Positions 35,831 through 38,238 of a stretch of 38,238 nt of DNA are shown piece after piece (position 1 is the first letter of the stretch; each line of letters begins with the position of its first letter). The stretch is taken from contig CAZXFC010000001.1 of assembly GCA_964640425.1 (NCBI GenBank), forward strand, positions 46,930 through 85,167, written 5' to 3'. The stretch comes from an uncultured Candidatus Saccharibacteria bacterium. GTDB taxonomy: Bacteria > Patescibacteriota > Minisyncoccia > UBA11713 > 2-01-FULL-45-33. Below the pieces are notes generated by a model that was not told the origin of the DNA, searched no databases, and saw only the letters and a list, made by a program, of their open reading frames with translations. A program made the translations under genes and the position numbers.

Positions 35831-35886
35831 TATTCACCTCCTTTCATTATTTTTCTTTTTTCAATGAACTTTTCTTTTTTGGCCAT
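35830..35886 (-). CDS. 18-codon Lys-rich upstream ORF (MAKKEKFIEKRKIMKGGE), translationally coupled
   Basis: Its own AAGGAGG lies 5 nt upstream of ATG 35886. Its last codons (aaa gga ggt gaa) are the SD of the 166-aa ORF. Stop and start overlap as TAATG. Confidence 0.4.
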   Translation of the reverse strand: MAKKEKFIEKRKIMKGGE

Positions 35887-35914
35887 TTTGGCCTCCTTCT
35901 CCGGCTAGAGATAT

Positions 35915-35943
35915 AAAAAACCTCTTCCGGGAAAGAGGTTTTT
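35915..35943 (-). terminator. Bidirectional rho-independent terminator after the GATase gene
   Basis: CCTCTT-ccggga-AAGAGG flanked by A6 and T5. Confidence 0.7.
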
Positions 35944-36048
35944 GCGAAGTTTAGTTAAGTTTAACTTAGACGCAGGCAAAAACCCCTTTCTCGATGGAGG
36001 TTAAGCTTCTAAGTAAAAAATTTGAATTCATTTTACGCATGAATTTCA

Positions 36049-36798
36049 TTATACACGTGCCTCGTGATATGGCAATACAAAGTACTGCAGGAAATTGTGG
36101 ATAATTTTTTTGCCGTATTTGGAAGCATCAAACACCACGGGCGTCGGCTCATGTTTGTACCGCGCGAGCCCCTTAAGCATACTCGTCGACATCTCGGGAT
36201 GAAATTGCAAAAGGCGAATATGTTTGCCGATGGCGATGGCTTGCGGGGCGCATATTTTTGAAGATGCAAGCAATTTCCAGCCGGGCTTGAGATTCTTTGC
36301 CATACAGCGATGCGAAGACTGAGCCAAAATGCCCGGCGGAAGCCCCTTAAATAGAAGGTCTTTTTTTCCGGCGGGTTTTAGGCCGACGCTAATACTTCCG
36401 AATTCACAGCCTTTCGGGTTGATAATCACATTGCCTCCCAACGCACGCACGGTAAATTGCAATCCTCCGCAAATGCCAAAAATCGGTATTCCGTTTTTTT
36501 TAGCGTTTTTTATAAATTTAAAAGTCAGCCTCATCCAAGGCGTCTCGTTGCCGTTTATAGAATCATGCATTGAACCTCCGATGACTATGGCGTCCAAGCC
36601 GATATACGTGCGGGGCAATTTGTCATGGCTGGCGTAGGCAGTTTCCCATTCATTTTTTTGCAGGCCGAATGCAAGCATCATGACTTCGGAATAAGTCTTG
36701 CCGCCGTAAACTATTTTGTTGAATCTTTTTCTTTCTTTCGGAGAGTCGGTAAGAATATCTAAAAAAAGTATTTTTAAGTTTTTTGAGTTTTTTTGCAT
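36049..36798 (-). CDS. Class I (triad) glutamine amidotransferase-like protein
   Basis: Nucleophile elbow FGICGGLQ and LLQFHPE (His/Glu of the triad). 249 aa, stand-alone. Confidence 0.8.
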   Translation of the reverse strand: MQKNSKNLKILFLDILTDSPKERKRFNKIVYGGKTYSEVMMLAFGLQKNEWETAYASHDKLPRTYIGLDAIVIGGSMHDSINGNETPWMRLTFKFIKNAKKNGIPIFGICGGLQFTVRALGGNVIINPKGCEFGSISVGLKPAGKKDLLFKGLPPGILAQSSHRCMAKNLKPGWKLLASSKICAPQAIAIGKHIRLLQFHPEMSTSMLKGLARYKHEPTPVVFDASKYGKKIIHNFLQYFVLPYHEARV

Positions 36799-36834
36799 TA
36801 AGAAATTATTATAACTGAAAATTAAACTTAAATC

Positions 36835-36867
36835 AAATTAAAAGCACAGATCATTGCATCTGTGCTT
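36835..36867 (-). terminator. Rho-independent terminator after the 36888-38027 gene
   Basis: AAGCACAGA-(8 nt)-TCTGTGCTT followed by a T-rich run on the minus strand. Confidence 0.7.
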
Positions 36868-36887
36868 GTTAAAAAATATTTTTGCGG

Positions 36888-38027
36888 CTATTCAGCCGAG
36901 ACTTGCTGGCTCACTGTTTTGAGCCGATAGCGCAGCGCCATCGCGGGACTCAACCTCATGTAGTGCCATTCAATCCTGCCCTTCGGCGCTTTCCATCCCG
37001 CTTCCCAATGCCGGCCTATCATCCACTGCGCAACTTCGCTTTTGCCGTATTTGAAATAGGCGGCTTCGTTGGCCCGGATAGCGAACCGCACCTGCGGCTT
37101 TACCGTGTAAGTAAGGTATTTCTGCCGCTCGTAAGCTGCGACTAATCCTCTTTGAGAATTTTCTACCGACTTAAAACTTCCGGAAAACTGCGGGCGGTCG
37201 AGCTCAAATTCGATAGTCCCGACCGAGATAATTTTCACATCACCTTCAGAGACCGGCGGTTCATACGGCGCTTTGACGCCTTCGGGCAAAGTTATATTTT
37301 CGACATTCAATCGTTTCATTTCGCTGCGGTAAAAACCGGCTTCCTCGTCGAACCTTTCCACCAAAAGCAATTTCAACAGATGCTGGGCGGAGAAAACGCT
37401 TTGCCAGCGGTTCGGGTGCACATAGTTTTTAAAATACACGGTGTTGCCGGTGAAAAGGCCTTTTTCGTTCAAAAACGCATTTTCCGGCGCAGTCGGTTTG
37501 AAAACGATCTTGTCCCAGCCGTGGTACCAGTGCCCATCGCAGTCGACTATCATGTACGACCTGTGCGCGCCCATGCTCTCTTTTCCGGTCGCCGGATCTG
37601 TTTTGGCAATGGTCGAATCCCAAAGCCTGGTCGAAAAAGACAACACGTCTTTATTGGACACCATTCCGGTGATCGGCCCGAATTGGTTCGTCCCAATCTT
37701 GCGTTCGCTTTCCTTAACGACGACTTTACGGCGGTTGCGGTAGCGCGGTATTTCGATAACGGCGCCCCGGACCGCAAGCGGAACGAGAAAAGAAAAAAGA
37801 TCGAGGTCCGTGCCCTGGAAATTCCCGTCGGGATCCAAAGCCGGTGCCGGGTTTCTTCCTTCCCAGCTCATAACCGATTGCCCAAGAATGGCGCTGACCA
37901 GCTCGTCGCTTACCGGTTTTGTACGGTCAGCAATTTCCTTCACGTACTCGTCGTTGAAATTGACAATGTTCTTCACGCTCTCCGCCAATAAGATCGGCGG
38001 CCTTCCTCTGGACTTCAATCCGATCAA
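36888..38027 (-). CDS. Hypothetical protein (379 aa from TTG 38027; ORF open to 38108 = 406 aa)
   Basis: Long ORF with protein-like composition and no motif I recognise. AAGGAGG (38040-38034) lies 6 nt upstream of TTG 38027. The longer TTG 38108 start coincides with the -35 box of a good promoter. Confidence 0.65.
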   Translation of the reverse strand: MIGLKSRGRPPILLAESVKNIVNFNDEYVKEIADRTKPVSDELVSAILGQSVMSWEGRNPAPALDPDGNFQGTDLDLFSFLVPLAVRGAVIEIPRYRNRRKVVVKESERKIGTNQFGPITGMVSNKDVLSFSTRLWDSTIAKTDPATGKESMGAHRSYMIVDCDGHWYHGWDKIVFKPTAPENAFLNEKGLFTGNTVYFKNYVHPNRWQSVFSAQHLLKLLLVERFDEEAGFYRSEMKRLNVENITLPEGVKAPYEPPVSEGDVKIISVGTIEFELDRPQFSGSFKSVENSQRGLVAAYERQKYLTYTVKPQVRFAIRANEAAYFKYGKSEVAQWMIGRHWEAGWKAPKGRIEWHYMRLSPAMALRYRLKTVSQQVSAE

Positions 38028-38079
38028 GAGACACCTCCTTAAAGTGTTTGTTATTGGGAGAACAATTTCTCCGTTGGAT

Positions 38080-38108
38080 AATTTAGCATATTTATCTATT
38101 GTTGTCAA
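38080..38108 (-). promoter_or_regulatory. Sigma70-type promoter for the 36888-38027 gene
   Basis: Minus strand TTGACA (38108-38103), 17 nt, TGcTAAATT (-10 at 38085-38080). Confidence 0.6.
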
Positions 38109-38116
38109 TAACTCAC

Positions 38117-38145
38117 TTGACTCATTAGGCCCTATATGCTAAAAT
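38117..38145 (+). promoter_or_regulatory. Divergent sigma70-type promoter
   Basis: TTGACT (38117-38122), 17 nt, TGcTAAAAT (-10 at 38140-38145). Confidence 0.65.
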
Positions 38146-38200
38146 CATCAACAGGAAAATGGCATTTCGCCGTTTTGAAAACGATCCAAGGAGGAAGTAA

Positions 38201-38238
38201 GTGGTAAATACAAATAGCTCGCCAATAGTTGAAGTTTT
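38201..38238 (+). CDS. Partial CDS start (12 codons visible, product unknown)
   Basis: AAGGAGG lies 6 nt upstream of GTG 38201 (VNTNSSPIVEV...). Preceded by a 13-codon mini-ORF. Confidence 0.3.
   Translation, partial: MVNTNSSPIVEV

Noticed and set aside
37152-37991. 279-aa plus-strand ORF
   Set aside because: It lies entirely antisense to the 36888-38027 ORF. Its Arg/Phe/Val-rich composition is typical of shadow frames, and it has no SD or promoter. The minus-strand ORF has a promoter, an SD and a terminator.

Overview
Gene-dense 38.2-kb chromosomal segment with about 48 credible CDS, roughly 80% on the minus strand. I saw no rRNA, tRNA or CRISPR array. All function calls rest on motifs read by eye from the ORF translations; no database search was possible. 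The style suggests an uncultivated small-genome bacterium such as Patescibacteria/CPR (inference only): many small secreted or membrane orphans, giant Thr-Pro-linker surface proteins with peptidoglycan-binding tails, a compact F-type ATP synthase with short delta and epsilon, PIN-PhoH, and an orphan Cas4-like nuclease.

Recognisable content:
- a RelE-like TA pair, msrB and a small membrane ORF in one operon
- a complete atpBEFHAGDC operon
- a GH13 enzyme, a GT4 glycosyltransferase and an amylo-alpha-1,6-glucosidase-like enzyme
- an SLT lytic transglycosylase and a cyclophilin PPIase
- a PIN-PhoH ATPase
- an ECF sigma/anti-sigma pair inside a secreted-protein operon (CAP, SIMPL, PG-binding)
- two adhesin-like giants (702 and 1029 aa)
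- an LD-transpeptidase/DD-carboxypeptidase fusion
- a class I glutamine amidotransferase

Most noteworthy observations:
1. Two diverged HUH/Y1 (RAYT/IS200-like) transposase units of about 705 bp. Each is bounded by its own private 23-nt palindrome, and each carries an extra in-frame copy of that palindrome inside its own coding sequence. The upstream palindrome overlaps the promoter.
2. Two 104-nt branched palindromic elements whose inner hairpin is conserved while the outer stems differ in sequence but keep pairing. One sits inside the atp operon between atpD and atpC.
3. A recurrent TGnTAnnAT box 5-9 nt upstream of at least 16 start codons, implying widespread leaderless mRNAs alongside classic AAGGAGG-led genes.
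4. A tandem hairpin repeat in a GC-rich spacer upstream of PIN-PhoH.
5. Two upstream mini-ORFs that each encode the Shine-Dalgarno of the next gene.
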